Shown piece after piece: positions 10,926 through 24,500 of a stretch of 64,000 nucleotides of DNA. The stretch is from Mobula hypostoma (Eukaryota). The notes beneath the pieces are model-generated. The model searched no databases, was not told where the DNA came from, and saw only the letters and a list, made by a program, of their open reading frames with translations. Within the stretch, counting starts at the first letter, position 1. Each line of letters opens with the position of its first letter. Location of the stretch: positions 231,138,001 through 231,202,000 of the forward strand of contig NC_086097.1 of the NCBI RefSeq assembly GCF_963921235.1. The letters run 5' to 3'. A program made the position numbers and the translations under genes.

Positions 10926-12328
10926 ACAAGACCCTGATGGTTGAGTTGATTTAGAATAAATAGAAAGTAAGTGTGAGTATTGCGTGTTTAGCAATACAGT
11001 GTGGAGTACGTCCTTCTGGCCCTTCGAGCCACACGTCGCCAGCAACGCCACAACCCCAATTAACCCTCACCTAATCACAGGAAAATTTACAATGAACAAT
11101 TAACCTATCCAGCACATCTTAGGACTGTGGGTGGAAACAGGAGCACCCAGGGGAAAGCTTATGCATTCCATAGGGAGAATGTACAGAGATTCCTTGCAGA
11201 ACAGTGTCAGAATTAAACTCCAAACTGTAACAGCATCATGTTAACCGCTATGCTACTGTGGAGTTAAAGTTGTGGTAAATACTGGTCTCCAGATGGACAG
11301 ACACTGGTGTACTCCAAAGATCTTAGGAGGGACAACACTTTTTATGATATATATTCATTCTCAGACACTAGGGAGCAGGATAAAATTTCAAAATTAGCAT
11401 TTGACTGAAAGCTAAAAGTATGGTAACAGTGGGATAGATAGCAATAGATCACAAATGAGATAGACTGATTGGCAGATTGTGTAGATGAAGCAGAGAATGT
11501 GAAGTGTTACATTTTGTCAGAAAAACCACAAGGTCTTAATGGTATAGTTCTGAAGGGTGTGCAGAAAGAGAAGACCTGTGATTTTTTTTTTGTGCATGAA
11601 TGTGACAAAGCACACTGGGGAATCACGTGAGTTTCTGGGCTTTAAATTTAAAGCAGGAAGACTACAATTAACTTTTATAAAACAACAGTAAGGTCACAAA
11701 GAAAGTGATATTTCCAAGTCTCGTCAGCCCACGTCTGGAAGAAGATATTGGTTCAAGGAAGGTTTTTCCGCTGGTCATTATGATTTGAAACTCGCAGCCT
11801 GTGGAGACAGAATTATTTGTGATTTCAGATACCAAACTCAATTGGCACCTTGAGGAAAATAACTTGTTGGGCTGGACAGGTGTGGAAAGAAGGAAAGAAT
11901 AAAGTAGAGAAACATATAGTCAATTCATAACTGATGGGCTGAATGGCTTTAACAATTCAGCGATGTCTTTTAAGGGTATTAACAGTATTCAGCAAAAGTA
12001 ATTGGTCCAAATACTTGATTTTTTTGTTGAAATAGTTACAATCCTAGTAATGCTAAACACCTTTTGTATAGGTGTGATTCATGAGATGACCATGGCTTTG
12101 TAGTAACACGTTCACATCTAATTCACAGACTGTCTTTCGGTCCCACACCAGAGATGGAAGCATTGAATATGGACTGATGCTTACAGGGAGTGATGCAGAG
12201 CCAGCCACAGTGTCTCTGGGACATGAAACGGCTTCTTGTATTACTACTTGAAGTGGGAGGAGACACAGTGTCTCTGAGCCCCCCAAACCAAAAGTCATCC
12301 TGACATCAGCGACTTATCACCAATTTGG

Positions 12329-12855
12329 AACCCGGTGTATGCAAACTTGATTTTCTGCATTCCCAGTGATCTGTCATCGGGTCACTCATCTGAGGGCTAC
12401 TGGTCCCATGTAACCCAGTACTACCTGTCGCATGGTCGGGTGGTCGGCCACTAAACCGGCTCCCCCACCAGGCTTGCCTGCTGAGGAGGGTGGCTAGACA
12501 CCCTGCAGGACGAAAAACAAGACCTGTCAAAGGGCGGATGAACCCTCTCGTAGGGTCAACGGCCATCTAGCAAACACGTGCCGTGAAGCGCGGAAAGGGC
12601 ATCCCTTGCATTGAAGCTTGGTCTGGCCATTCACTGCCACAGAACTTCCCCCAGCCGTCTTGGACCTCACCATGCCGCTGGATCTGGGAGGGGATGTCGA
12701 GAGGGTGAGTCTGGACCTGTGCAACCCCCTACTCACCTAAAATCCACTCACACACACGCTGTTCCTTTCTGAGGAGTGGGGTATCCTATCAAACCCCACT
12801 AACTGACTGAAAGGAACCATCATCATCCTATGGGATGGATAGCCAGAGAGATATA
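12329..12855. mobile_element. Unclassified 527-bp retro-insertion with TSD
   Basis: caccaatttgg at 12318-12328 and 12856-12866; GC-rich body with no recognisable ORF. Confidence 0.6.
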
Positions 12856-13260
12856 CACCAATTTGGTGTATCCTGCTCAAGATTGCAAGAGGTCTCAAAT
12901 TTAATTGCAAGAGCAACAATGGAGATGAATCCCAGAAAGGTTATAAAAATTGACACGATCACACAAAAAATACACAAAATCTGCTAACACATAGAGTAAA
13001 TTGGAGCAGCATGTTCATGAAATTCTTCATAATCACGTCCTGTTACTTTCAATTATTTTCATGAATGGAATTTCTGCAATGTGAATAGCCTCACACAAAG
13101 AAACAAAACCTCCCATCCAAATGTTATCATTTCATTCAAATATTCAAATGAACTCTTATTATTTCATGTCCAAATTAATACAATATTCTGAAGGATCTTC
13201 CGGTATGCGACGTTAGTATATTAGAAAGTTATTAAGTATTCTGAATCCAGACATCAGTAC

Positions 13261-13355
13261 CTCATTAAACAGCTTTGGGGGTGCAGCTAAGGCATCTTCT
13301 TCTCCCAGATACTTCACCCACGACCAGGACTTTTTCCTTCCAGAGAGTGGAACAG
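13261..13355 (-). CDS. L3MBTL4: L3MBTL-family gene, exon E (start of the first MBT repeat)
   Basis: ttttctcatag acceptor, 95 nt, donor GAG|gtactg; phase 1 to 0. Reads (A)VPLSGRKKSWSWVKYLGEEDALAAPPKLFNE, the MBT opening motif WSWxxYLxExxAxAAPxxLF. Confidence 0.9.
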
Positions 13356-13539
13356 CTATGAGAAAAAGTAATAATATTTGTTACTGCAAACTGCAAACAC
13401 AAAGTTTAAGGATAAGGATATACAAGTTCATGTGATATCAGAGGAATTTGGTTTATCTCAAATGAACTACGTAACTGGGATAGAGGGAGAGGGTAAGAAA
13501 GAGGGCTGTGGGAAAGAGGTGGGAGGAGGGCGGCGGTGG

Positions 13540-13687
13540 GGGGGAAGAGGGAGCGTGTTGGGGAAGAGGGAGCGTGTTGGGGAAGAGGGAGCGTGTTGGG
13601 GGGAAGAGGGAGCGTGCTGGGGGGAAGAGGGAGCGTGTTGGGGAGAAGAGGGAGCGTGGCGGGGGAAAGAGGGAGCATAGGGGGAAA
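13540..13687 (+). repeat. G-rich minisatellite, unit about 19-21 bp (gaagagggagcgtgttgggg)
   Basis: About 7 tandem units visible; explains the low-complexity ORFs here. Confidence 0.9.
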
Positions 13688-14419
13688 TGCCTCCATGATT
13701 TGAAGTGAAGTCACCAACATGTGGCATACAGATAAAAGATGAAAGGAAGCCAAGATATTCCTTGAGGAATACCAGGTGTGGATGAAAATCTATTACAAGT
13801 GATTCTCCGACTACAAGTTAATACCCAAGAATTAAACCAAGTGAACATTATTCCACCGAGTTGGACAATCCTAGAGAAGCTTTAGAGGATGTCCGGGTCA
13901 ACCGTGCTCGAGGATGAAGACGTAATGAGAAGGACCAAGAACAATAGATAACAAATGTCATGGTCACACATAATTAGCAACGTTTTCCAGAGTCATTTCA
14001 ATAGGTGGATAATTAATTGGAAAGAAAGGAACATACCACTTTGGGAGGTTCTGTAGCACATTCTGGGAGTTGGGAAGGGAAAAAAAGGTAGGTCGGAATT
14101 GTACCTGAAGCACCCAGCTACGCAATGATTATGGTTATGTTTTCTGAGCACAAACTACTTTTAAATTATAATGAACTCTCCATCAATATCCAACTTTTCT
14201 TCTATCTTGATATTTCTTGCAGGTTAATACGTCGTTCATACTGTGGGTTCTTCAACCACTGCTGTGATTTTACTGGTGAATTTCATCTGCCTATTTCTCA
14301 GAAATAACTACAGGACTTCAATTTAAGGTTTTATCCCTTGACTTACCTTTGGAGATTTGGGGAGGGGCTGGGTCAGATATAAAGCTTTTTAATTCATTGT
14401 ACTGTCAACTGCCAATAAG

Positions 14420-15480
14420 AAAGCAGAATCCATCACCATCCCCAGGCAAAGCTTTCATCTCACCTCTGCCATCGGGGAGGAGGTAAAAGAGCCTTAGGTC
14501 CCACACCACCAGGTTCAGGAGCAGTTATTACCCTCCAACCATCAGGCTCCTGGACCAGTGTGGATAACCTCACTCATGTCAATGCTAAACTGATCACTGA
14601 AAACAATCTACGTACTCACTTTCCAGGACTCTACAACTCTTGTTCACAGTATTAATTAATTACCTATCTTTTAATTGATTGTTATTTTTGTTTGTATTTG
14701 CAGTTTGTCTTCTTTTGCACATTGGTTGCTTGTCCCTCTCCCAACACCCCGCCCCCATCCTCACCACATTCTACAGAGGTTGTATTGAGAGCATCCTCAG
14801 CAGCTGCATCACTGCCTGGTTCGGAAATTGCACCATCTCGGATCGCAAGACGCTGCAGCGGATGGTGAGGTCAGCTGAGATGATCATCAGGGTTTCTCTT
14901 CCCACCATTACAGACATTTACACCACACGCAGCATCCGTAAAGCAAACAGCATTATGAAGGACTCCACACACCCCTCATACAAACTCTTCTCCCTCCTGC
15001 CATCTGGAAAAAGGCACTGAAGCATTCGGGCTCTCACGATCAGACTGTGCAACAGTTTCTTCCCCCAAGTCATCAGACTCCCCAGTACCCAGAGCCTGGA
15101 CTGACACCAACCTACTGCCCTCTACTGTGCCTATTGTCTTGTTTATTATTTATTGTAATGCCCCACTGTTTTGTGCACCTTATGCAGTCCTGGGTAGGTC
15201 TGTAGTCTAGTGTAGTTTTGTGCTGTCTTACATAGTTCAGTGTAGTTTTTGTCTTGTTTCATGTAGCACCATGGTCCTGAAAAACATTGTCTCGTTTTTA
15301 CTGTGTACTGTACCAGCAGTTATGGACGAAATGACAATAAAAAGTGACTTGACTTGAATTGTCTTGTCAGTGTTTGTATGTAGTTTTTCATTGATTCTAA
15401 TGCTTTTCTTTGTTCTGTGAATGCCTTCAAGAAAATGAATACATGGTGACATATATATACTTTGATAATAAACTTTGAAC
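14420..15480 (+). mobile_element. Nested Rex1/Babar-like 3' fragments
   Basis: ILTTFYRGCIESILSSCITAWFGN...FSLLPSGKR with a (gactt)n tail near 15350, inserted in the 3' UTR of an older copy. Confidence 0.75.
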
Positions 15481-15867
15481 TATTCCACAGGAACAATTTA
15501 GGCCCCATGATTAAGTGCTAAGTTCACAGTGAAGAATGCGTGCCTTTTGAGTATTCGCTATATCCCAGTTATTCTAGGTATATTGTGTAAAGAAATGCTA
15601 ATCGATATGGGTAAGAAGCAAACTGAATTGATCCTTTTCAAGTTAAACTGATTTACTGCTGATTGCATGGCCAAGCTGTTAATTGCTTTGAACCAAGCAC
15701 TAAAATCAAAACGAAACAGCAACTATAATCATCAGCAACAAAATATGAACAGCAATTTTGATATTTGTTTTGACATAAGACAGTCACAAATTAAAATACA
15801 ATAAACTAATGTAACACGTGACAAGTAAGTATAATGCAATACGTTTCGAATAAAAAGTACTAAATAC

Positions 15868-15982
15868 CCTGTTTAGAAAGCTTGGAATCTGGGTCAGATT
15901 GTCCACTGTTTTTGAAGCGACTGTGTTCTGTCAAGACTGAAGACACTTTTATCTTCATTTTCTCATCACTCTGTACTTCTTC
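15868..15982 (-). CDS. L3MBTL4: L3MBTL-family gene, exon D
   Basis: tttgctacag acceptor, 115 nt, donor CAGG|gtattt; phase 0 to 1. Reads EEVQSDEKMKIKVSSVLTEHSRFKNSGQSDPDSKLSKQ. In frame with exons C and E. Confidence 0.8.
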
Positions 15983-18856
15983 CTGTAGCAAAATCAAATT
16001 CACAGTATTGTACTTGTGAAATGCAGCTCAAAGAAAAACATCAGAATCGGCCTTTTTTTTTAAACTTGAAATTTGTACTTCATTCAATAACATCACAAGT
16101 GACACGTGTTCAGTTTCTGTAGCTGCATTGTTCATTCTACATTGGACTAAAAATTACTAACATCCCAGGTATGCCAGATGATTTTTTTCAATTTGCAGAG
16201 AAATGTGTTTTTGTTACCACACAATACTTAGCTTCAAATTAAAATGACCCAGTAGGGCCTTTAAATTTTAATAATGTCGTTCTGCCAATCACTTTAATAT
16301 AATATTACATTTTTCCCACTGAATGCTAATGTTGCATGAAATAAATTGATTATATGCAGGAATATTACATGCAACATTAAGCATGAAGGTCTTTAAACAA
16401 TATGGTTCAAGTTCATGAGGAAAAAAATGGTTTGTTTGAACCCTTTATTCTTTACCATCGCCCTCAGAAACTGTTCTAGAAACCTTGAATAATTGCAACT
16501 CACAGTAATCAATTCTTATCACTGGAGGTTAGGTTTACACCAAAGCTGATCATTTCAAGCATGTGAAATGTTCGCACTTTTAAAGATTAGTTTTTATGTT
16601 GCACGATGTGGATTTGTTCCATTTGCCATGCTATTCCAACATTCTGGAGTCCTTATACTGCAAAAAACCTACAGCATATCAAGTTTGTATCACTGTAATT
16701 ATTTCTGTTAACCATCACAAACATTTAATAAACAAACACAAGAGTTTCTGCAGATGCCGGAAGTCCAGAGCAATACGGACAAAACTGCTGAAGGAATTCA
16801 GCAGGTGAGGTAGCATCATGGAAATGAATAAACGGCCATCATTTCGGGCCCACACCCTTCATCAGGTATTTAATTTGTACTCTACTGTAGCTCCCTTTCT
16901 TATTAGCTGCCCTGCGTGTGTAGGTAACAATGGTTTAGTAACACTGACCAGTGACCAGTCTGAGCTCCTTTATTCACTTCACCTTTGGTTATCTCTCACA
17001 ATTTTGACAAAGCACACGAACCCAGGCTTTCTTGCTCTCCTTCTCCCATCCTCCCCAAATCCACCATCATTGCTCACTCTCTTTAACAAAATGCAATGCA
17101 AAACCATTTACATTTACTTGGTACAGTGAGGGCAGGAGGTGAGCTGGAGAATGTTGTACAAATGGTAAGACCGTGCAGTGTAACTGCTTGGTGAGACAGA
17201 AACATCTTTTGGTGAGGAGCCATACAAAATGAATCTCAAAAAACCAGCGCTCAAGAGAAAATGTTTAAAATACATCTAAATGACATGCATGCTTTCAACA
17301 TGGAGTGCAGGTACGTATGACAGATAGCATCCATTAACTGCATCTCCAACACTGGCTTCTGTTGACAGTCCTTGATAGACCACATGGCAGCTTCAGTATG
17401 AACAGTATTAATAACCATCCTACTAGGAAATGTTAGGCTTGACCACTCTACCCATCCAAAAGAGAAGAAATCTTGATTGGACATGGCAGCAAAGGTTATG
17501 GGGAGAAAGCCAAGAACTAGGGTTGTGGAGAAGATAAAAAAGGACTCAGCCATGATTGAATGGTGGAGCAGACCCAATGGACCAGATGGCCTAATTTTGC
17601 TCCTATGTGTTATGGTCTTATGGTCAATCTGTCCATTGTCATAGCTACAAAATTCGGCACAATGGAACAAAAATGGAATTGTAAAAATATAACAATATCT
17701 TTACTTAGCAAGGAGAAGAAAACTTGAGCTCATAACTCTGGTAACTGGAAATGCCTTCTTCACAGGAAAGTCTTTTCAAAGGGAAAATGCTTTTCAAACC
17801 AGAGTATAGATCATTGTATTGTTCACTGCAATGCTGTAACTGAACGAAGAAAAGGCAATTACAAGACCACCACTGGAATCAAAGCAATTTGGGCAAACAT
17901 CGGATCTCTGCAATACAGTTATTCTGAATTATCTGCATTATTCTGCTTCTCACTTGACTCGTTATTTAAACTACCTTCAACAATCAGTTAACATACTGTG
18001 GAGCATGTGTGCATTGGGCTCACAAATTATATTTATACTGTGATTCCGAACAGAGATGGGAAATAAACTATCACTTCCAGTCAAGCATTATGCTCACAAG
18101 ATCTGGGTAAATCAGGAGAATTTGTGCATCATTTCACCATGTTACTGGATTTACAGCTGCTCTGAAGGAGAAACAGGAACGATGGAAGAGAGACTACTGC
18201 TATCACATCCCTCTCCTACCTTTGCTGGCCTGGAATTAATCCAGCTCTAAAACTCTTGTGCTTGGTCTGCCTCTGCTTTAAGGAGAGGACTGCTATTCCA
18301 AGTTATGTGACATGTGAAGGGGGCATTCTGGCTCTTCCTTCTCACTTCTGTCCTCATGGAGCCCTGAAGGGTTTGGAGATTACCTATGCATCATCAAGGC
18401 AAATGACCAGTTTTAAATTAAAGGCTTAATGTTGGTGAAAAACAGTTTTTGCGATTGAAAAGAAAAAAAAAATCCTGAAAATCTGAAATAGAAACAGAAA
18501 CTGATGAAAAGACTCACCTAGTCAGGCAGCGTCTGCAGAGAGAAAGGCAGAGTCATGTTAATGATGTTTCACCATAAAGTTGAACAGTGTGATATTATTG
18601 TGCCAGTCTAGCTCTGATGAAAGACCAATGATCTGAGATGTATACTCTATCACACCTCACATATACTGCCTTGCCTGCTGCACAGAATATCTCCAACATC
18701 TTCCATGTTCATAGTAGTTTCCGTCGCACCAAAATCAAAATCGCTAAGTAAACACAATATGGAAAGCAGACCACAGCAGAGTGAAAGCTTCAGAAATCTC
18801 ACTGCCTAGCAATATGTCACTGTCATAGAAGTTAAATATTTATAAATATAACACAC

Positions 18857-18989
18857 CATGTAGTCATCTTCAAAATCTTCATCAAATTCTTCTCTTGGGT
18901 TAACACTCACTTTCCTCTTTCGCTTTTTCGTCCGTTTCAATATTACACTAGCATTTTGCTTCACAAGTGCATGGTCCATAACAGACTGT
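18857..18989 (-). CDS. L3MBTL4: L3MBTL-family gene, exon C (basic NLS-like and acidic stretch)
   Basis: ttttccag acceptor, 133 nt, donor ATG|gtgtgt; phase 2 to 0. Reads QSVMDHALVKQNASVILKRTKKRKRKVSVNPREEFDEDFEDDYM, resembling the recalled human L3MBTL4 start (NRKRKLNMDSKERLDQD). Confidence 0.85.
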
Positions 18990-20370
18990 CTGGAAAAGAA
19001 TTTTGCATTGAAATATAACTTAGCTAGCCAAGCTCCAGAAGCATCTAATAGAAGTTCCAAGTTTCAACATTACACTTTTGATGCATTAAATTAGTTTCAT
19101 ATTCTAACTTAATAGATTTATAAAATATAAGAGCATAATGATTTTATTATTGGACTGGATCAACTAACCTAAAGGTCTAAAGTGGGGTCCTGACAAGAGT
19201 TCAAATCACAAAGTACACTGGAGAAATTTAAATACAATTCAAGAAATAAATCTGATATAGAACACTGTCATAGAGTCATAGAAAAGTACAGCACAGAAAA
19301 ATGCCGCCCTTCTGCATTCCTGCCTGTCCTTTCAATACAATGTGTATCCTTGGACATTAAGCTCCCACTGTAACACTTTTCAACCACCTCAATTCCCTCT
19401 GTGTGATAGAAAGAAACTGTTGAATCCAAACCCTCATTTTACCTCATGATACCTCAAAAATACCCTCCACCAACATCCTAACTCTTGTACTGATGGTACG
19501 TATTTCAGTACTAAATGTACCTCCAGCCATGATTCTGCAGTGCAGCTACAACAATGGAATCTAACTAAAAAAAAGAGGAAAATTGGATGGATACAATTAA
19601 CATCCAAACGACAGGATGAACTGTGAATCACACCTAACTCCAAAACTAAAAATGACTACAGTATATTTTAAAATATATTTTTGATTTCCTTGTGCCCTCA
19701 CCCCTGCCTATTTCTATCATCACCTCAGCTTCAGGATTCATTTCGGCTGATCCAGTTTCAATCTTTTGCATCAGTCTACCATCAAAAGCAGTATTTTCAA
19801 TTGCATTTGTAATTGCAATTTGTAATCTCCCCTTTTAAAGTCCTCCTTCAAAGCTACCTCCTAGAGTGGCACACACTCCTAGTCAGCTGTCCTAATATCA
19901 CTGTAAAATGATATTATTATAAAATGTTTTTATTGGCAAGCACCTTGGAATATTCTGCTACAATAAATAGCCCAAGGTAAGTATGAATTGCTTCTGTTAC
20001 AGCAGGACAAACCACGCTTATCACGCTCTCCATTTGGAAATGTATTCAAAATGGATTGCTGTCTGCACTAAATTTTTGATGTATGCTCCAAGCTCCTTAG
20101 TGGTAAGAGTAAGTCACTGAATTTACTTTAAAATTCAAAATATGGTTACACCAATTATTCAGAATTTCCCAATTACTTCTTCATAGTTGTACTCTGTGGA
20201 CCTAATTACATAGCTTTACATTTTATTTGGTTTGAGTTTTGTCTTATAACATCTGGAAACAGTTATGTTGTTTACAATTCTGCATTCAAGTCTACAATAA
20301 AAACAGACAACTCATCATCTTAGAATTCGATTTTGCAAAACTTATCAAAACTGCTGTTCAATATACCTAC

Positions 20371-20521
20371 TCATTTTCATACAGCTGCTTATAATTTGTG
20401 CCACAGAAACGGTCACATTTATTGAACTTGCCCATTGTCCCATATCCTCCACAGTTTTCACAGCAGCAGGTGCCTTGTGTGTTAGACAGATCATTAGTGC
20501 AAATATCTTCAGAAACAATTT
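20371..20521 (-). CDS. L3MBTL4: L3MBTL-family gene, exon B (FCS-like zinc finger)
   Basis: Pyrimidine tract plus ataacag acceptor, 151 nt, donor GA|gtaggt; phase 1 to 2. Reads (E)IVSEDICTNDLSNTQGTCCCENCGGYGTMGKFNKCDRFCGTNYKQLYEN(E). In frame with exons A and C. Confidence 0.85.
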
Positions 20522-20804
20522 CTGTTATGACACAAAAGACAATAAGTAAATCAGTATAACAAATGTGGAATAATTCTGCCTTGTTAGTACAATAATAGCC
20601 GTATGCCATTCCCAAATTTGAATAGTTTTAGCAAATTAACTTCAAGATCTCTGTCTTCATGTCTTTATCCTAATTTGCTTCCATGCTCATCACCAACCAG
20701 AATCCCACCGTGCACCAATTAAACCTGACGTGAAACAGCTTTATTTCTCATTCCCTTGTACATGAATAGTATTGTCTTCACTTAGTGGAATGCATCTATC
20801 AGCA

Positions 20805-21290
20805 TTGAAATCAGGTTTAATATCACCAGCATATATTGTAAAATTGTGTTGCTTTGCAGCAGCAGTACATATTAAAACATAATCATAAAAAATATAAATT
20901 ACAATATATATAAAAAATAAGTAGTGCTAAGAGAGTGGGAAAAATTGAGGTAGTGTTTATGGGTTCACTGCCAATGGCAGGGGGAAGAAACTGCTCCTGA
21001 AATGTTGAGTGTGTGTCTTCAGGCCCTTATACTTCCTCCTCAGTGGCAGCAATGAGAAGAGGGCACGTCCTGAGTGATGGAGGTCCTTAAAGTTGGATGC
21101 CTCCTTTTTTGAGGCATCACCTTTTGAAGATGTCCTGGATGCTGGGAAGGCCAGTGCCCATGGTGGACTGGCTGAGTTTACAACTTTCTGCAGCTTTTTC
21201 CGATCTTGTGCAGAGGCCCCTCCATACCAAAAGAGTGACACAATCAGATAGAATGTGTACCACAGTACATCTGTAGAAGGTGGTCCTAAC
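20805..21290 (-). mobile_element. Rex1/Babar-like 3' fragment
   Basis: WYGGASAQDRKKLQKVVN...ALFSLLPLRRKYK...SSFFP. Confidence 0.75.
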
Positions 21291-21517
21291 AAAGTGCAAC
21301 ATTGCAGCATTTCCTCGCTGTCCACTACTTCCCCAGTCTTGGTGTCATCCACAAATTTACTGATCCAGTTAACCGCAGTATCATCTAGGTCATTGATAAA
21401 GATGACATACAAAGGACCCGGCACCGAACTCTGTGGCACTCCACTACTCACAAGCCTCCAGTCAGAGAGGCAACCTTCTACTGCCGCTATCTGGCTTCTC
21501 CCACAAAGCCAAAGTTT

Positions 21518-24500
21518 TTTTTATTATTAATTATTTATTGCAATACCAACAAATTACATTCAATGCAACCAGTTGCCAATTACATTTTGACTGTTTAACC
21601 CAGCGACCCCCCAACCTTCATTACCATCCCCCCTCCACCCCTCTCTCCCCCCATCCCTCTCCCCGCCACCAATCAACTGAATAGTAGCACATACACAGAT
21701 AAAGCATTCCTATTTTAGCAAAAGATCTTTTAAGTTAGATATCAAATTTGTCCGCCTTATGATTGTGTTTGGTCGTGCATCATTTACTCTTGCTGATGAA
21801 AGTTCCAGGTAAGAAATGTCCAAAAAGTTCCGTAGGCAGTGAGTATTTGAAATATCATGGGAGGGTTTCCAACGCTGGACTACAATCTTCTTAGCTGCAG
21901 TCAGGCCTGCCAGCCAGATTTGGCGTGTTTTTTCCGTAAGGGAAAGGTGGGAGTCATCATTTAGAAGATGTACAGCGGGGTCCATTGGTAATTGTACCCC
22001 TTTTAGTTCTGTAAGAGTGCTGATAACCTTCCCCCACAAATCAAAAACCCCTGGACAATCCCATACAACATGTATAAAAGAGCCAATGGCTCCATGGGGG
22101 CAAAATGAGCAATAAGGGTTAGGAACCAGTCTCATTTGATGTCTAATTCTCGGGGTTAAATCTGCTCTATGAAAGAATTTCAAGTGTATATACTGATGAT
22201 TTGGATTTTTCGAAGCACCAGCAGCATTATCCCAAATCGCATCCCAGTCTAAGTCTTGTCCCAATTCAGATATGTCCCTACCTCAGGCTTTCATTCCCAA
22301 TGTGGGCATATAATTCTGGGAATTTAATTTATCATAGATATATGACACTATCTGTCCTGGAGCACTCTGTATCCAACTTAAGATGGGATGGTCCTTTAAA
22401 TCTGACTCCCAGGGAACACAGTAGGCTTTACAAGCTGATCTTACTCGAAAGTAGAAGAAAAGAGAATGTTTATCAATATTATATCACGATATCAGTTCTT
22501 GAAAGCTAAGGATAGTACTTGCCCCATTAATATCTTGAAGAGTAGTAATACCTTTATCCTCCCAAGTTCTGTTAATAAATGGTTTCCCCCCAGATAGAAA
22601 ACGATTATTGTTCCATAATGGAGATGATCTACACCATACGCTTTTAAATTTTAGGAATTTTTCCGCTGTTCGAAACACTTGTGGTGTATGGGTTAAAATT
22701 GGACTGTAATACAAATCACATTTTTTTGGTAGACATACCTACAAGGAGAAAGTCCTTCAACCTTATTGGTGCTATTAGCTCTTGTTCTATATTTTTCCAG
22801 GACGAAACTTTATCCTCCTCCATCCAATAGCTAAGACTTTTTAATACAAATGCCCAGTGATACAATTTAAAATTTGGACATGCCAATCCCCCATTCGACT
22901 TTTTGAATTGTAGATCTGACCATTTTATATTGGGTCTTTTACCATTCCAAACATAGTATCGTAGTAAGGAGTCCAGTTTTTGCCAATATCCTGCTGGAGG
23001 TGTAAGTGGGATCATTGAGCTGATAAAATTAATGCGGGGTAAGATGTTCATTTTAATGACCGCTATACGGGCCCGGACTGATGCTGGCAGGTGTCCCCAT
23101 CTATTAATATCTTCTTCTATTTTTTTCAGAATTAGAGAGTAATTTGTTTTAGCCACAGCTGATAGGGAAGTATTAACTTTAATACCCAAGTAGAGGACTT
23201 CATTTGTAACTTTAATCTGGGGAGGAAGAGACACCTTACTTTTATCCATATTAATCAGCATCAGTGCTGATTTTAACAAAATAACTTTGTATCATTAAAG
23301 AAATCCAAATTGCTCCAGTGTTTTTAAAACATACGGGAGAGTTTGTTGAACATTCATCATATAAACTAGCATGTCGTCCGCGTAAAGTGATATTGAATGC
23401 GATGTTGTACCTATTGTAATAGGGGAGATCTGAGGTGCAAGCGGTTCAATAGATATATTGAAAATTAAAGGAGACAAAGGGTCCCCTTGTCGTGTGCCCC
23501 GTCCTATGTCAAATAACTCTGAGAAACCTCCTCCTACACATACCCGGGCTGAAGGATTAGCATACAGTGTTTGAATCATATTGATAAATTTATCGCCGAA
23601 CTTAAATTCTTTTAGAACTCTCCAAAGATATGGCCATTCAAGGCGATTGAATGCTTTTTCAGCATCTAGAAATAGCAGGCCACAGGCAGGTGGGATTTTA
23701 TGTGTTGCACTCAGTACATGTAAGAGCCGGCGAATATTATCAGATGCGAGACGCCCCTTGATAAAGCCCGTTTGATCTGGGCTAATTATTTTCCTAACTA
23801 CTGTTTCAAGTCTACTGGCTAAGACTTTGGAAAATATCTTGAGGTTGGCATTTATCAAGGAGATTGGATAGTAATTGGCACACTCCAAGGGGTCCTTACC
23901 AGGCTTAGGTATAACTGTGATCAGGGCTGTGTTTAGATCTCTATGGAAAGCGCCATTTCCAAAAGCATAATTTAATGTTTCTAACCATACTGGTCCAAGA
24001 ATATCCCAAAGTACTAGGTAAAGTTCCACAGGTATGCCATCTATGCCTGGCGCACGGCCCTTATTTGTAGCTTTAACTGCTTTGAGTAGCTCATCCGGTG
24101 TAATAGGAGAGTGTAGAGTTTTGGTCTCCTCTAATGACAACGTAGGGTGGTCTAATCCACTAAAAAAAAACGTGAAGTCATCCTCAGAAGGAACTGAGCC
24201 ACTTGTATACAGTTCTTTAAAGTAATTGTTGAACGTCTCGTTTATTTCCTCTGTTGAAGATACTATTCCACATTTAGCACATCTAATCGCTGGTATAGAC
24301 CTTTTAGTTTCCTGTTGTTTGAGCATTAGAGCTAAAAGGTGGCTCGGTCTGCTGCCTTCTGCGTAATACTTATGTTTGGTTACATGGATCATATATTCTG
24401 CCCTGCTTCTTAATAAATTATTTAATTCTGCTTGTTTCATTTTGAGCTAGTTTTCTTTTGTTATGGTGTATATCCCTTTGAGATCATTTTCCAAAGCCTT

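Noticed and set aside
13378..13753. Repetitive ORFs (WGEEGAC, PQHAPSS)
   Set aside because: They are translations of the minisatellite.
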